Shown here piece after piece: positions 31,235 through 42,000 of a DNA stretch of 64,000 bases. The translations under genes and the position numbers were made by a program. Every line of letters starts with the position of its first letter. Position 1 is the stretch's first letter. This DNA is from a bacterium (GTDB lineage Bacteria; J088; JAWLBW01). The notes beneath the pieces are model-generated. The model had not been told where the DNA came from. It searched no databases and saw only the letters and a program-made list of their open reading frames with translations. The DNA lies in assembly GCA_041690355.1 (NCBI GenBank), contig JAWLHK010000003.1, forward strand, positions 235,428 to 299,427. Direction: 5' to 3'.

Positions 31235-31660
31235 TCAGCGTTCGGCGATGCGTTTGAGCTTCTTCAGGGCGGGTCCGACGGCCGCGTTTACGGCGGCGGC
31301 GGCCCCGGCGCCCACCAGCTTGCCCACGATGGGGAGCTTCGTCTCGATCTCGGTCCAGTAGGTCACCCGAACACGTCCGCCGGGCAGCGGCTCGAGCTCG
31401 ATCATGCCCTGATGCCGGCGCACGAGCGGATTCCGGACCTGATAGCCGTATCGGCGCAGTGGCTCGTGGTGACTGATGACCTCGGCCAGCGGCAGGGGGC
31501 CGGCTTTCATGACCCTGCGCCGGCCGGCGGCGTCGGGGCCGTCAGGAAGGTCGAAGCCGGTCATGCCGGGAAACCACTCGGGCCACCGGTCTGCGCTGCC
31601 GACCAGCCCCCAGATCGTCTCAGGGGAAGCGTGGATCTCAATCCGTTGCTGAAAGCGCAT
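31235..31660 (-). CDS. SRPBCC (polyketide cyclase/START-like) family protein
   Basis: IEIHASPETIWGLV...WPEWFP; C-terminal ALKKLKRIAE helix. Confidence 0.82.
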   Translation of the reverse strand: MRFQQRIEIHASPETIWGLVGSADRWPEWFPGMTGFDLPDGPDAAGRRRVMKAGPLPLAEVISHHEPLRRYGYQVRNPLVRRHQGMIELEPLPGGRVRVTYWTEIETKLPIVGKLVGAGAAAAVNAAVGPALKKLKRIAER

Positions 31661-31662
31661 GA

Positions 31663-31690
31663 AAAAACGCCCGGGGGTTGCCCCGGCGCT
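31663..31690 (-). terminator. Terminator after mdh
   Basis: GC stem CGCCGGGG/CCCCGGGCG followed by T6 on the minus strand. Confidence 0.65.
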
Positions 31691-31697
31691 CTTGAAA

Positions 31698-32681
<984 letters not shown>

Positions 32682-32719
32682 CTACAGGGTATCACGCAGG
32701 GCCGTAGAGGGCCAACCGG

Positions 32720-34057
32720 TCAGCCGAGAGAAGCGAGCACCTCGGCCGCGGCCCGCTCGCCCGTCTCGAGCGCGCCGTGGACGGTGGCCATGAACCCGTC
32801 GGTATGCGTGGCCTCGCCCGCGAAGAAGAGCGTGTCGGCGACGGAACGCGCGAGCACGGCCGGCGCGTCGAGGCCGCCGACCGGGACGTAGGTGTAGGCC
32901 CCGCGCGCGAACGGATCATGCTGCCAGTCGCTCGCATGGGCCGCGACGAGCGCGTCCCGCAGCCGGCCGGCCGAAACGGCGAACAGCTGTGCCAGGGAGT
33001 GAAGCCCCGCCTCGATCAGCGCCGGGGTATCGGCCTCCCGCAGACGGTCGGCGGCCGAGCCGGCCGCCCAGCCCGTGAGCACCGGCGTCTGCAGGGGCGC
33101 GGTGGTCCACCAGACCGGGACGGGCACGCCGTCGCCGTGAAAAAAACCCAGGTCGCGCAGGCCGTGCGGCGCACCGGGCAGGCGCACGTCACGCCAGAAC
33201 GGCGTGCGGAAGCGGAGGAGCAGCCGCACGACGGGGCCCACGGTCAGCCGGTCGGCGGCGGCACGCATTTCGGAAAGCTCGGGCTCGAACCGAACGGCCC
33301 CCCGGTCGTCGGGCGGCCCCTGCAACAGGGCGAGCGGCAGCGTGATCACGGCGCGCGCGCCGTCGACGTCGGCAAGCGGACTCGCGCCGCGCATCCGCAC
33401 CTTGAAGCGTACGCGCCCCGGTTGCCACGTGACCGCCGTCACGATGGAATTCAGTCGCAGCTCGCCGCGGGCGGGGTCGAGCGCGCGGGCCAGAGCCAGG
33501 GGGAGCCGGTCGTAGCCGCCGGGGAAGCGGAAGTTGCGCTCGCCGTCGATCCCCTCGGCGGCCCGCTCGTCCCGAGCCAGCGCATGCGCGCTCACGCGGT
33601 GCAGGTGGGCGGCGTTGTATCCCTCGGCATACCCGGCGGCGAGCTGTGCCGCCTTGCCGCGGATGCGCCCCTGCCGTTCGGCCTCGGCCAGCACTTCACC
33701 GAACGGGCGGTCGGTCGGCCCGGGATGGAGCAGCACGTCCATGACCGCCGGCCAGACGTCGTCGAACGTCGTGAGCGCTCCTTCATACGTTCCCCACGAC
33801 GTACCCCGCACCTCCATGGCCTGCAGGTTCGACAGCCCCAGATAGCGCAGCGTGGCCGGCGGCTCGCCGTGCATGAACTCGGCCCCCAGTTCGACCGGCA
33901 CGGGCCAGAGCGGGTCGTGCACCGTGTGAATGCGGCCCCCCACCCGCCCACGCGCCTCGAGGACGACGACGGGTACGCCGGCGGCCTTCAGGTGAAACGC
34001 GGCGGCGAGCCCGGCCGCACCGGCGCCGATGATGAGCACGGGAAGGCGATCGGCCAT
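32720..34057 (-). CDS. Flavin monoamine oxidase family protein
   Basis: GAGAAGL, EARGRVGGR, ELGAEF, FAGEAT, TVHGALETGERAA. Confidence 0.9.
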   Translation of the reverse strand: MADRLPVLIIGAGAAGLAAAFHLKAAGVPVVVLEARGRVGGRIHTVHDPLWPVPVELGAEFMHGEPPATLRYLGLSNLQAMEVRGTSWGTYEGALTTFDDVWPAVMDVLLHPGPTDRPFGEVLAEAERQGRIRGKAAQLAAGYAEGYNAAHLHRVSAHALARDERAAEGIDGERNFRFPGGYDRLPLALARALDPARGELRLNSIVTAVTWQPGRVRFKVRMRGASPLADVDGARAVITLPLALLQGPPDDRGAVRFEPELSEMRAAADRLTVGPVVRLLLRFRTPFWRDVRLPGAPHGLRDLGFFHGDGVPVPVWWTTAPLQTPVLTGWAAGSAADRLREADTPALIEAGLHSLAQLFAVSAGRLRDALVAAHASDWQHDPFARGAYTYVPVGGLDAPAVLARSVADTLFFAGEATHTDGFMATVHGALETGERAAAEVLASLG

Positions 34058-34085
34058 GACTCCACCCTACCACGCAATCCGGTCA

Positions 34086-34150
34086 TCGGACATCGGACGT
34101 CGGACGCCGGCAAAACAAGGACTCCGTGCGTTCACGGCGCGGTTGTTTTT
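34086..34150 (+). repeat. Heptamer array (TCGGACR-type) followed by a hairpin
   Basis: tcggaca tcggacg tcggacg ccggc aaaacaagg ... ttgtttt. Confidence 0.6.
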
Positions 34151-34260
34151 ATCCTGCCCTTGCCTCGTCCCCCCCTCCCCCGCTCCCCCACTCTCCCCCT
34201 CCACTCCCGCCCCTCGCCCTCCACAAGCGCCACCACCGACGGTCTTGCTAAAATAAAGGG

Positions 34261-36279
34261 ATGTCCAGATTGCACAGCGACGACAGGCACACCTTCAAGC
34301 TGGTCACGGAGTACGAACCCCGCGGCGATCAGCCCCGCGCGATCCAGGAACTGGTCGAGGGGCTGCACCGTGGCGACCGCTACCAGACCCTGCTGGGGGT
34401 CACCGGCAGCGGCAAGACCTTCACGATGGCCAATGTCGTGGCGACCGTGAACAAGCCGACGCTCGTCCTCGCGCACAACAAGACGCTCGCCGCACAGCTC
34501 TACGCGGAATTCAAGGAGCTGTTTCCCGAGAACGAAGTGCACTACTTCGTCAGCTACTACGATTACTACCAACCGGAAGCCTACATCCCCTCGACCGACA
34601 CGTTCATCGAGAAGGACAGCTCCATCAACGAAGAAATCGACAAGCTGCGCCACGCCGCCACGAGCGCGCTGCTGGAGCGGAACGACGTCATCATCGTCTC
34701 ATCGGTCTCCTGCATCTACGGTCTCGGCTCGCCCGAGGCGTACCACGACATGCTCGTGTACATCGAGATGGGGCGCGACAACAACCGCGACGCCATCCTG
34801 CGCAAGCTCGTCGACATTCAGTATCAGCGGAACGATCTGGACTTCCACCGCGGAACCTTTCGCGTGCGCGGCGACGTGCTCGAAGTCTTTCCCGCGAGCA
34901 TGGACGACCGCGCCATCCGCATCGAGTTCTGGGGTGACGATGTGGAATCGATTTCGGCCATCGATCCGCTGACGGGCAAGGTCGTCGAGAAGCTGCAGAA
35001 GATTGCCATCTATCCCGCGACGCACTGGGTGACCACGAAAGACATCCTCAAGCGGGCCATCCCGAACATCCAGGAGGAGCTGCGGGAGCGCCTCCAGTAC
35101 TTCCGCGCAGAGAACAGGCTGGTCGAAGCCCAGCGGCTCGAGCAACGCACCCTCTACGACATCGAGATGATGGAAGAGATGGGCTACTGCTCGGGGATCG
35201 AGAACTACTCGCGCCACCTGACCGGGCGCGCTCCGGGAGAGCCGCCCCCGACGCTGCTCGACTATTTCCCCAAGGACTTTCTGCTCTTCGTGGACGAAAG
35301 CCACGTCACCCTCCCCCAGGTGCGCGGCATGTACCGCGGCGACCGCTCGCGCAAGACCACGCTGGTAGAGCACGGCTTCCGCCTGCTCTCGGCCCTCGAC
35401 AACCGCCCGCTCAACTACGAGGAATTCGAGGAGCGTACGTATCAGGTCGTCTATGTGAGCGCCACGCCGTCGCCATTCGAGCTCACGAAGAGCAACGGGG
35501 TGGTCGTCGAACAGATCATCCGTCCGACCGGCCTCATCGACCCCGTGGTGGAGGTTCGTTCGGCGCGGAACCAGGTGGATGATCTGCTGGCGGAGATCCG
35601 GACGGTCGTCGCGCGGAAGGAACGCGTACTCGTCACGACCCTCACGAAGCGCCTGGCCGAGGACCTCACGGACTTCTACAAGGAGGCCGGGGTCAGGGTG
35701 AAGTACCTGCATGCAGACATCGAGACGCTCGAGCGCATCGAGATCATCCGCGAGCTGCGCCTGGGAACCTTCGACGTTCTCGTGGGGATCAATCTGCTGC
35801 GCGAAGGCCTGGACATACCCGAAGTCTCCCTCGTCGCCATTCTGGATGCGGACAAGGAAGGGTTCCTGCGCGGCGAGACGGCGCTCATTCAGACCTTCGG
35901 CCGCGCGGCCCGCAACGCATCGGGACGCGTCGTTCTCTACGCCGACACGATGACCGATTCGATGCAGAAGGCGATGCGTGAGACCGAGCGCCGCCGCGCC
36001 ATCCAGATGGCCTACAACGAGGAACACGGCATCACGCCGGTGACCATCCGCAAGAACATCGCCAGCCACGGCCTGTTCGAAGTCTACAAGGCAGACTATG
36101 GCGAGGTCCCCCTCGCCGCCGAAGAGGCTCCGAAGTACGAAAGCGCGGCGCAGATCGACAAGGACATCGAGAAACTGCGCAAGCAGATGCTCAAGGCGGC
36201 GTCCGATATGGAGTTCGAGCGCGCGGCCGAACTGCGGGACAAAATCAAGCACCTGCGCGAGCTGCAATTGACGCTGTAG
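34261..36279 (+). CDS. uvrB: Excinuclease ABC subunit B
   Basis: [33 protein letters not shown]-terminal UVR domain. Confidence 0.99.
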   Translation: MSRLHSDDRHTFKLVTEYEPRGDQPRAIQELVEGLHRGDRYQTLLGVTGSGKTFTMANVVATVNKPTLVLAHNKTLAAQLYAEFKELFPENEVHYFVSYYDYYQPEAYIPSTDTFIEKDSSINEEIDKLRHAATSALLERNDVIIVSSVSCIYGLGSPEAYHDMLVYIEMGRDNNRDAILRKLVDIQYQRNDLDFHRGTFRVRGDVLEVFPASMDDRAIRIEFWGDDVESISAIDPLTGKVVEKLQKIAIYPATHWVTTKDILKRAIPNIQEELRERLQYFRAENRLVEAQRLEQRTLYDIEMMEEMGYCSGIENYSRHLTGRAPGEPPPTLLDYFPKDFLLFVDESHVTLPQVRGMYRGDRSRKTTLVEHGFRLLSALDNRPLNYEEFEERTYQVVYVSATPSPFELTKSNGVVVEQIIRPTGLIDPVVEVRSARNQVDDLLAEIRTVVARKERVLVTTLTKRLAEDLTDFYKEAGVRVKYLHADIETLERIEIIRELRLGTFDVLVGINLLREGLDIPEVSLVAILDADKEGFLRGETALIQTFGRAARNASGRVVLYADTMTDSMQKAMRETERRRAIQMAYNEEHGITPVTIRKNIASHGLFEVYKADYGEVPLAAEEAPKYESAAQIDKDIEKLRKQMLKAASDMEFERAAELRDKIKHLRELQLTL

Positions 36280-36348
36280 GCCAGGCGTTTTTCTTGGCGG
36301 GTCGCGCCTTCGCTGTGATATGCTCAGGCATTTCCCTGCGGAGGCCCC

Positions 36349-39300
36349 ATGCCGAAGTCGTTCCGGTTCCTGACCGCTCTCTCCCTCGTCATTTCCACGG
36401 CATTCCTGGTTTCCTGTTCCAAGGACGCCGACGATGCTCCCGCCGCGCCGGCGGGCGCCGAGAGCCCCGTCTCCGGGACCGGTGACAACGCGGCCCCCGT
36501 TGTTCCCACCGCCGAAAATCTCGACCCCTTCATTTCGACGGTAGGCCTTTCGGGACTCGTGCCCGAAAAGATCACGGTGGACTTCATGGAGGCCCCCATC
36601 GCCCCGGCCGACGTGAACAAGCCGGTCGCCAAGGAGACCGTCCTGACGATCTCGCCGGCCGTGGAGGGAAAACTGGTGTGGACGAGCCAGACCGCCCTCG
36701 AGTTCACTCCGACGGAACCTTTCGCGATGGACACCGAATACACGGTGACGCTCGAGTCGGTCGCCACCCATGCGGGGGTCATCCGTCCCGCAAAGGCGGG
36801 CACGTGGACCCGCAAGTTTCACACCCCCACTTTCGGACTGAGCCGGCTCTCGCAGCGCGCCATCGACCTGCGGCGCAAGAGCGCCGAGGTCGATCTTGTC
36901 TTTTCGGGTCCCGTCGACTCCCGTACCATCTCCCGCTACGCCTCGTGGGCGGTGACCGAGACGACGGTTCGCGAGGTCACCTATCGTCAGAAAGACCCGA
37001 TGACGATCACGGCGACGCTGCGCAACCCGAAGATCGGCCAGGGGACGATCGTCTCCTTCAAGCTCGCCCAGGGCATGCCGATGAGCGGCGACGACCGCGT
37101 GCGCGCCGACGAAGACGACCGCACCGTCGAGCTCCGGGTGGCCGAACCGGTCCGGATCCTCAGCGCGCGGCGGCAGGAAGGGACGAGCGGACACTACGTA
37201 GAGATCATCTGCGACGACGGCGCCGCCCCGCGAGGCCACCGGCAGTGGGATTACGAAGAACGCGAATACCGCGAGTACAGCACGCGCTGCCAGGTACGCG
37301 AAGAAGACGTGGCCGAGGGTATTCACTTCCACCCCCCCGTGAAGATCTCGATTGCGCCGGTTCCCCGCGGGTTCCGCATCTTCGGCGATTTTCAACGCGG
37401 CAGTTACTCGATGCTGGTCAATGCGGGGGTGCGCACCCTCGACGGCGGCGCGCTCACGGCCGACTACAAGACCACGTTCTCGGTGCCGCCCCGCTCGCCG
37501 CGGGTCGCCTTCGTTTCCAAGGGGCGCTACCTGCCCCGCGATGCGTGGAACAACCTGCCGGTCACGCATCTGAACGTCGACAGCCTGAACCTGACGGTGC
37601 GTCACGTCCCCCAGAGCAATGTGATTTTCTGGATGAGCGGCCACGATGAGACGGCCGATCAGCGTACCTCGAACGTCATTCTCTCGACGAGCATCCCGGT
37701 CGACTCGCCGGCCGATCAGCAGAAGACCTCCTGGATCGACATCGGTTCGCTGCTCCCCGAGCGCAAATCGGGGGTCTACGAACTCTCGGTGAACGGACGC
37801 GGCCAGAACGATCGCGCCCGCCTTCTCTTGACCGATCTCAACCTGATCGTCAAGCGCGAAGCGGCCGACAGAGGCACCGAGACGGGCCGGGCAGTACGGG
37901 TCTGGGCGCTCGACATGCACTCGGCCGAGCCCCAGTCGGGGGTCGAGATCAAGCTCATCCGGCCGAGCGGCCAGAGCGTGGCCCGGTGCACGACCGACGG
38001 CAAGCAGGGATGTACCCTGCGGTATCCGGCACCCGATGCCGACAACACGCCGCCGTTCGCCATCGTCGCCTCCAAAGGTGACGACTTCACGTACCTCAAG
38101 TTCGACGAGCTGAAGACCGAGATCAGCAAGGAGTTCGTCCAGGGCGAATCGTACTTCAGCGAGCGCCCCTACCGCGCCTACCTGTATCCCGACCGCGGCG
38201 TATACCGGCCCGGCGAGACGGCGCATGTATCGGCCATCGTGCGCGGTGAAGACTTCGGCGCGCCTCAGGCCGGGCTGCCCGTCGTGCTCAAGGTGACCGA
38301 TCCGCGCGCGCGGGTGCTGAAAGAAACGACGCTCACCACGAATGCCGCGGGGGTCGTGACGCTCGACATCCCGTTCGCCGTCTTCGCCCCCACGGGCCGC
38401 TACGAGCTGCGCCTCTCGGCCGGGGGCAGCACGCTGACCGAGGGCGCATTCAATGTCGAAGAATTCGTGCCCGAGCGAATGAAGGTCGAGGCCGCCCCCC
38501 TGCTCGCAGCCCTGCAGGCGCCCGACGCACCCGCCATCGACGTGCAGGCCCGGTATCTGTTCGGCGGCTCTGCCGAGGGGAGCCGGGTAGAACTCAACTG
38601 CGAAGCCGAACCCGGCCTCTTCGCGCCGCCCGAAAACAAGCAGTTCCACTACGGGGTGTGGACCGATCCGAGAGGGCTCAAGAGCGTCGCCCTGGGCTCG
38701 GTCGACGGCTCGCTCGACAAGGAAGGGCGCTCGGTGATGACCTGCCCCAACATCGCGCGCGCGTCGGGGCTCGGCGGAACCGTGAAAGTTCGCGCCCGCG
38801 CCGCCGTTTTCGAATCGGGCTCGGGCCGCACGACCGTCGGCGAAACCAGCGCCCTGCTCCACCCCGAAAAATACTACGTCGGCCTGCAGGCGGGCGTGAG
38901 CAAGGTCGAATCCGGCAAGCCCTTTACCGTAGAAGGGATCATCGTCGACTGGGAGGGCCGCCCCGTCCAGAAAGCGATGGAAGTGAAACTGGACCTCGCC
39001 CGCATCGAGTACGACTACAACTGGGAGTGGGATGAAGGCGAAGGGCGCAACAGCTACACGCGTCACGTGCGCCTGGTGCGCGATTCGGGCACGACCGCCA
39101 AGGCCGAGAACGGCCGCTTCAAAGTCAACCTCACGGCGCTCGAAGACTCGCCCGGATTTCTCGTGCGCGCCTACGCGGGCAACACGCGAACCGACCTCGA
39201 ACTCGACGGCGAAGACTGCTACTGGTGCTGGTACCGCGAGAGCCGCGAAGACCGCACGCCCCGGCCGCTGAAGCCGACCTGGCTGCAGGTGTCGGTGAAC

Positions 39301-42000
39301 GGCGACGTCAAGGTCGGCGCCGAGAGCGAAGTCACCGTTCGGGTCCCCTTCGCCGGCCGTATGCTCATGACGCTCGAAACCCACGGCGTCCTCAAAAGCG
39401 AATGGCTCGACGTCAAACCGGGCGAAAGCCGATGGCGCTTCGAGCTCGATGAGTTCGTACCCAACGTCTACGTCAGCGCCCTGCTGGTCAAGGATCCGCA
39501 TGCGGAATCGAAGGATGCCTTCCTTCCCGATCGTGCCTTCGGGGTCAAGTCGGTGGCCGTCGAACCCGACGGGTTCCGCCGCACGATCGCCATCAAGGTT
39601 CCCGAAGAAGTCCGGCCGAACGCGAAGCTCAGCGTGGCGCTCGATCTCGGCCCGTCGCAGGAAAAGACGTGGGTCACGGTAGCCGCCGTCGATGAAGGAA
39701 TTCTTTCGCTGACCCGCTTCAAGGATCCCAACCCGTTTCCCTCCATCTTCTCTGCGCGCGCGCTCGGCATCGAAACCTTCGAAACCGTCGGCTGGACGCT
39801 GCTGCTCCCTCCCTCGGGTCCCTCGAAGGGAACGGGCGGCGACGCGGGCACGGCCGATCCGGGCCGCGTGCAGATGGTCAAGCCGGTCGCGCTCTGGTCG
39901 GGACTGGTCGAGGTGCCCGCCGACGGCAAGGCGACCGTGACCTTCGCGGTGCCGCAGTACCGCGGGAACCTGCGGGTCATGGCTGTTGCCGCCGGCGAGA
40001 AGACCATGGGCTCCGCCGCGGCGAGCGTGCCTGTGCGCGATCCGCTCGTGCTGCAGACGACCGTCCCGCGCTTTCTCTCGTCGGGCGATCGCTTTCAGGT
40101 GCCGGTGTTCGTGACCAACCTGACGGGAAAGAACCAGACGGTCAGCGTCACGCTCCAGGCCGAAGAGCTCCCGATGGCCGGCCTGACCACCGACGGCGAC
40201 CCGGTGCCGCCGCTCGACCTGCGCGGCCCGGCCACGAAGAAAGTGGCCATCGCCGCCGGCAAGAGCGGCACGGTGGTCTTCGAGGCGGTCGCCCTGAAGA
40301 CCGTCGGCGCCGCCAAGTTCCGCGTCAAGGCTTCGGCCGGGAACCTGGAGAGCCATGAAGAACTCGACGTTCCCTTTCTGCCCGCCGCACCGATGGAGCG
40401 CATCGTGCAGCGGATCGAAGTCGAAGGCAAGGAGCTGAACCTGAAGCCGCTGCTGCAGGGGTGGGTGCCGACGACGGAGAACTCGACGATCTGGGTCACC
40501 GCCAACCCGTACGGCGAAACCTTCGATCATCTCAAATACATCGTGCGCTATCCCTACGGCTGCATCGAACAGACGACATCTTCGCTGCGGCCGCTGCTTT
40601 TCGTGGGGAACCTGCTGCACAACGTCGATCCCGCCTTGACGGCGGCGCAGTCGGTCGAAGATCGGGTCATGCACGGCGTCGACCGGCTGCTCTCGATGCA
40701 GACGCCTTCGGGCGGATTCTCGTACTGGCCGGGGGCGCAGACCCCCACCTTCTGGGGTACGGCCTACGCGACGCACACGCTCTTCGAAGCCTCGCGGCTC
40801 GGATACGCCGTCCCGCGGGAACGCATCAACGATGCCCTCTCGTACATGGAGCGGATCCTGAACGAGAACAGCGGAGGACGCGACTCGTACTATTACGGGC
40901 AGACGCTCGCGACCGCCGAGTACTATCTTCAGTACGTTCTCGCCGTGACCGGCCGCGGACGCAAGGCGCGCGTGCAGAAGATGATCGACGAAATCGGCAA
41001 TCCCACCCGAGGGGCCGACCGTGAAAAGCTCTACACCCTCAAGGCCGCGCTGTATCTGGCGGGCGATCGCAGGTACGAGCGGGATCTGAAGAATCCCGAC
41101 GTTTCGGCCGTGACCGATGAGCGCTACAACGACTGGTCGTTCTACTCTGATCGCCGCCGCCGCGGGTTCATTCTCAGCGTCTTTCACGACCTGTTCGGCA
41201 ACGACGGGGCCGGCGAGGCGCTCGCCAACGTGGTCGGCAACGCGCTGAGCCGCTCGCCGAGCTGGTATTACACCACGCAGGAGATCGTCTGGGGCGTGAC
41301 CGCGCTGGGCAAGTGGGTCGAAGGATCGGCCAGGAACCTGGGCGATCCGGTGCTGTCGGCGAACGGAAAGAATGCTGCGCCGGTGCGTACCGAACGCAAG
41401 GCCACTGACCGGACGTGGGGCCTCTACCGCGCCTCGGAGTACAAGGACCTCACGCTGAAGCTGCCGAACCGGTCGGACGGACGGATCTTCGTCATCCTGA
41501 GCAGCGAGGGGGTGCGCACCAACGGGCAGTGGAAGGTCGGCGGCGAAGGGCTGCGCGTAAGCCGGACTTTTCACGACGCCGACGGGAAGACGCTCGATCT
41601 GAAGACCGGCGTCAAGCTCGGGCAGCTCGTCTACGTGCGCGTGCGCGTGACCAATCCGCGAGGCGAGCGTCTGGAGAACATCGCCATGGTCGACCGGTTT
41701 CCCGCCGGGTGGGAAATCGAGAATCCGCGGCTGGGGCGCGGCTCGGGCGTCAACTGGATCAACGGCGACGACCTCTGGGACGCCGCCTACATGAACATCC
41801 GCGACGACCGCATCGAGGTCTTCGGGGCCATCACTCCGGGGGGGACGGTAGACGTCGTCTATGCCCTGCGGGCGGTCACCGCGGGAGAATTCTCGGTGCC
41901 GCCGGTCGAGGCGACGGCGATGTACGATCCCCGTATCTGGGCGCGGGAGGCGGGCACGGCCGTGCGCATTGCGGGTCCATGGCAGGCGTTTCTCGACTGA
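36349..42000 (+). CDS. Bacterial alpha-2-macroglobulin (YfhM/MG2 family) lipoprotein
   Basis: Lipobox LVSC; DRGVYRPGET, VEEFVPER, AAVDEGIL, thioester YPYGCIEQ, YALRAVTAGEF. Confidence 0.95.
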   Translation: MPKSFRFLTALSLVISTAFLVSCSKDADDAPAAPAGAESPVSGTGDNAAPVVPTAENLDPFISTVGLSGLVPEKITVDFMEAPIAPADVNKPVAKETVLTISPAVEGKLVWTSQTALEFTPTEPFAMDTEYTVTLESVATHAGVIRPAKAGTWTRKFHTPTFGLSRLSQRAIDLRRKSAEVDLVFSGPVDSRTISRYASWAVTETTVREVTYRQKDPMTITATLRNPKIGQGTIVSFKLAQGMPMSGDDRVRADEDDRTVELRVAEPVRILSARRQEGTSGHYVEIICDDGAAPRGHRQWDYEEREYREYSTRCQVREEDVAEGIHFHPPVKISIAPVPRGFRIFGDFQRGSYSMLVNAGVRTLDGGALTADYKTTFSVPPRSPRVAFVSKGRYLPRDAWNNLPVTHLNVDSLNLTVRHVPQSNVIFWMSGHDETADQRTSNVILSTSIPVDSPADQQKTSWIDIGSLLPERKSGVYELSVNGRGQNDRARLLLTDLNLIVKREAADRGTETGRAVRVWALDMHSAEPQSGVEIKLIRPSGQSVARCTTDGKQGCTLRYPAPDADNTPPFAIVASKGDDFTYLKFDELKTEISKEFVQGESYFSERPYRAYLYPDRGVYRPGETAHVSAIVRGEDFGAPQAGLPVVLKVTDPRARVLKETTLTTNAAGVVTLDIPFAVFAPTGRYELRLSAGGSTLTEGAFNVEEFVPERMKVEAAPLLAALQAPDAPAIDVQARYLFGGSAEGSRVELNCEAEPGLFAPPENKQFHYGVWTDPRGLKSVALGSVDGSLDKEGRSVMTCPNIARASGLGGTVKVRARAAVFESGSGRTTVGETSALLHPEKYYVGLQAGVSKVESGKPFTVEGIIVDWEGRPVQKAMEVKLDLARIEYDYNWEWDEGEGRNSYTRHVRLVRDSGTTAKAENGRFKVNLTALEDSPGFLVRAYAGNTRTDLELDGEDCYWCWYRESREDRTPRPLKPTWLQVSVNGDVKVGAESEVTVRVPFAGRMLMTLETHGVLKSEWLDVKPGESRWRFELDEFVPNVYVSALLVKDPHAESKDAFLPDRAFGVKSVAVEPDGFRRTIAIKVPEEVRPNAKLSVALDLGPSQEKTWVTVAAVDEGILSLTRFKDPNPFPSIFSARALGIETFETVGWTLLLPPSGPSKGTGGDAGTADPGRVQMVKPVALWSGLVEVPADGKATVTFAVPQYRGNLRVMAVAAGEKTMGSAAASVPVRDPLVLQTTVPRFLSSGDRFQVPVFVTNLTGKNQTVSVTLQAEELPMAGLTTDGDPVPPLDLRGPATKKVAIAAGKSGTVVFEAVALKTVGAAKFRVKASAGNLESHEELDVPFLPAAPMERIVQRIEVEGKELNLKPLLQGWVPTTENSTIWVTANPYGETFDHLKYIVRYPYGCIEQTTSSLRPLLFVGNLLHNVDPALTAAQSVEDRVMHGVDRLLSMQTPSGGFSYWPGAQTPTFWGTAYATHTLFEASRLGYAVPRERINDALSYMERILNENSGGRDSYYYGQTLATAEYYLQYVLAVTGRGRKARVQKMIDEIGNPTRGADREKLYTLKAALYLAGDRRYERDLKNPDVSAVTDERYNDWSFYSDRRRRGFILSVFHDLFGNDGAGEALANVVGNALSRSPSWYYTTQEIVWGVTALGKWVEGSARNLGDPVLSANGKNAAPVRTERKATDRTWGLYRASEYKDLTLKLPNRSDGRIFVILSSEGVRTNGQWKVGGEGLRVSRTFHDADGKTLDLKTGVKLGQLVYVRVRVTNPRGERLENIAMVDRFPAGWEIENPRLGRGSGVNWINGDDLWDAAYMNIRDDRIEVFGAITPGGTVDVVYALRAVTAGEFSVPPVEATAMYDPRIWAREAGTAVRIAGPWQAFLD

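Noticed and set aside
41415..41978. N-terminal extension of pbpC in the ORF track
   Set aside because: Overlaps the A2M coding region; ATG 41979 places the TM anchor at the N-terminus as in other PBP1C proteins
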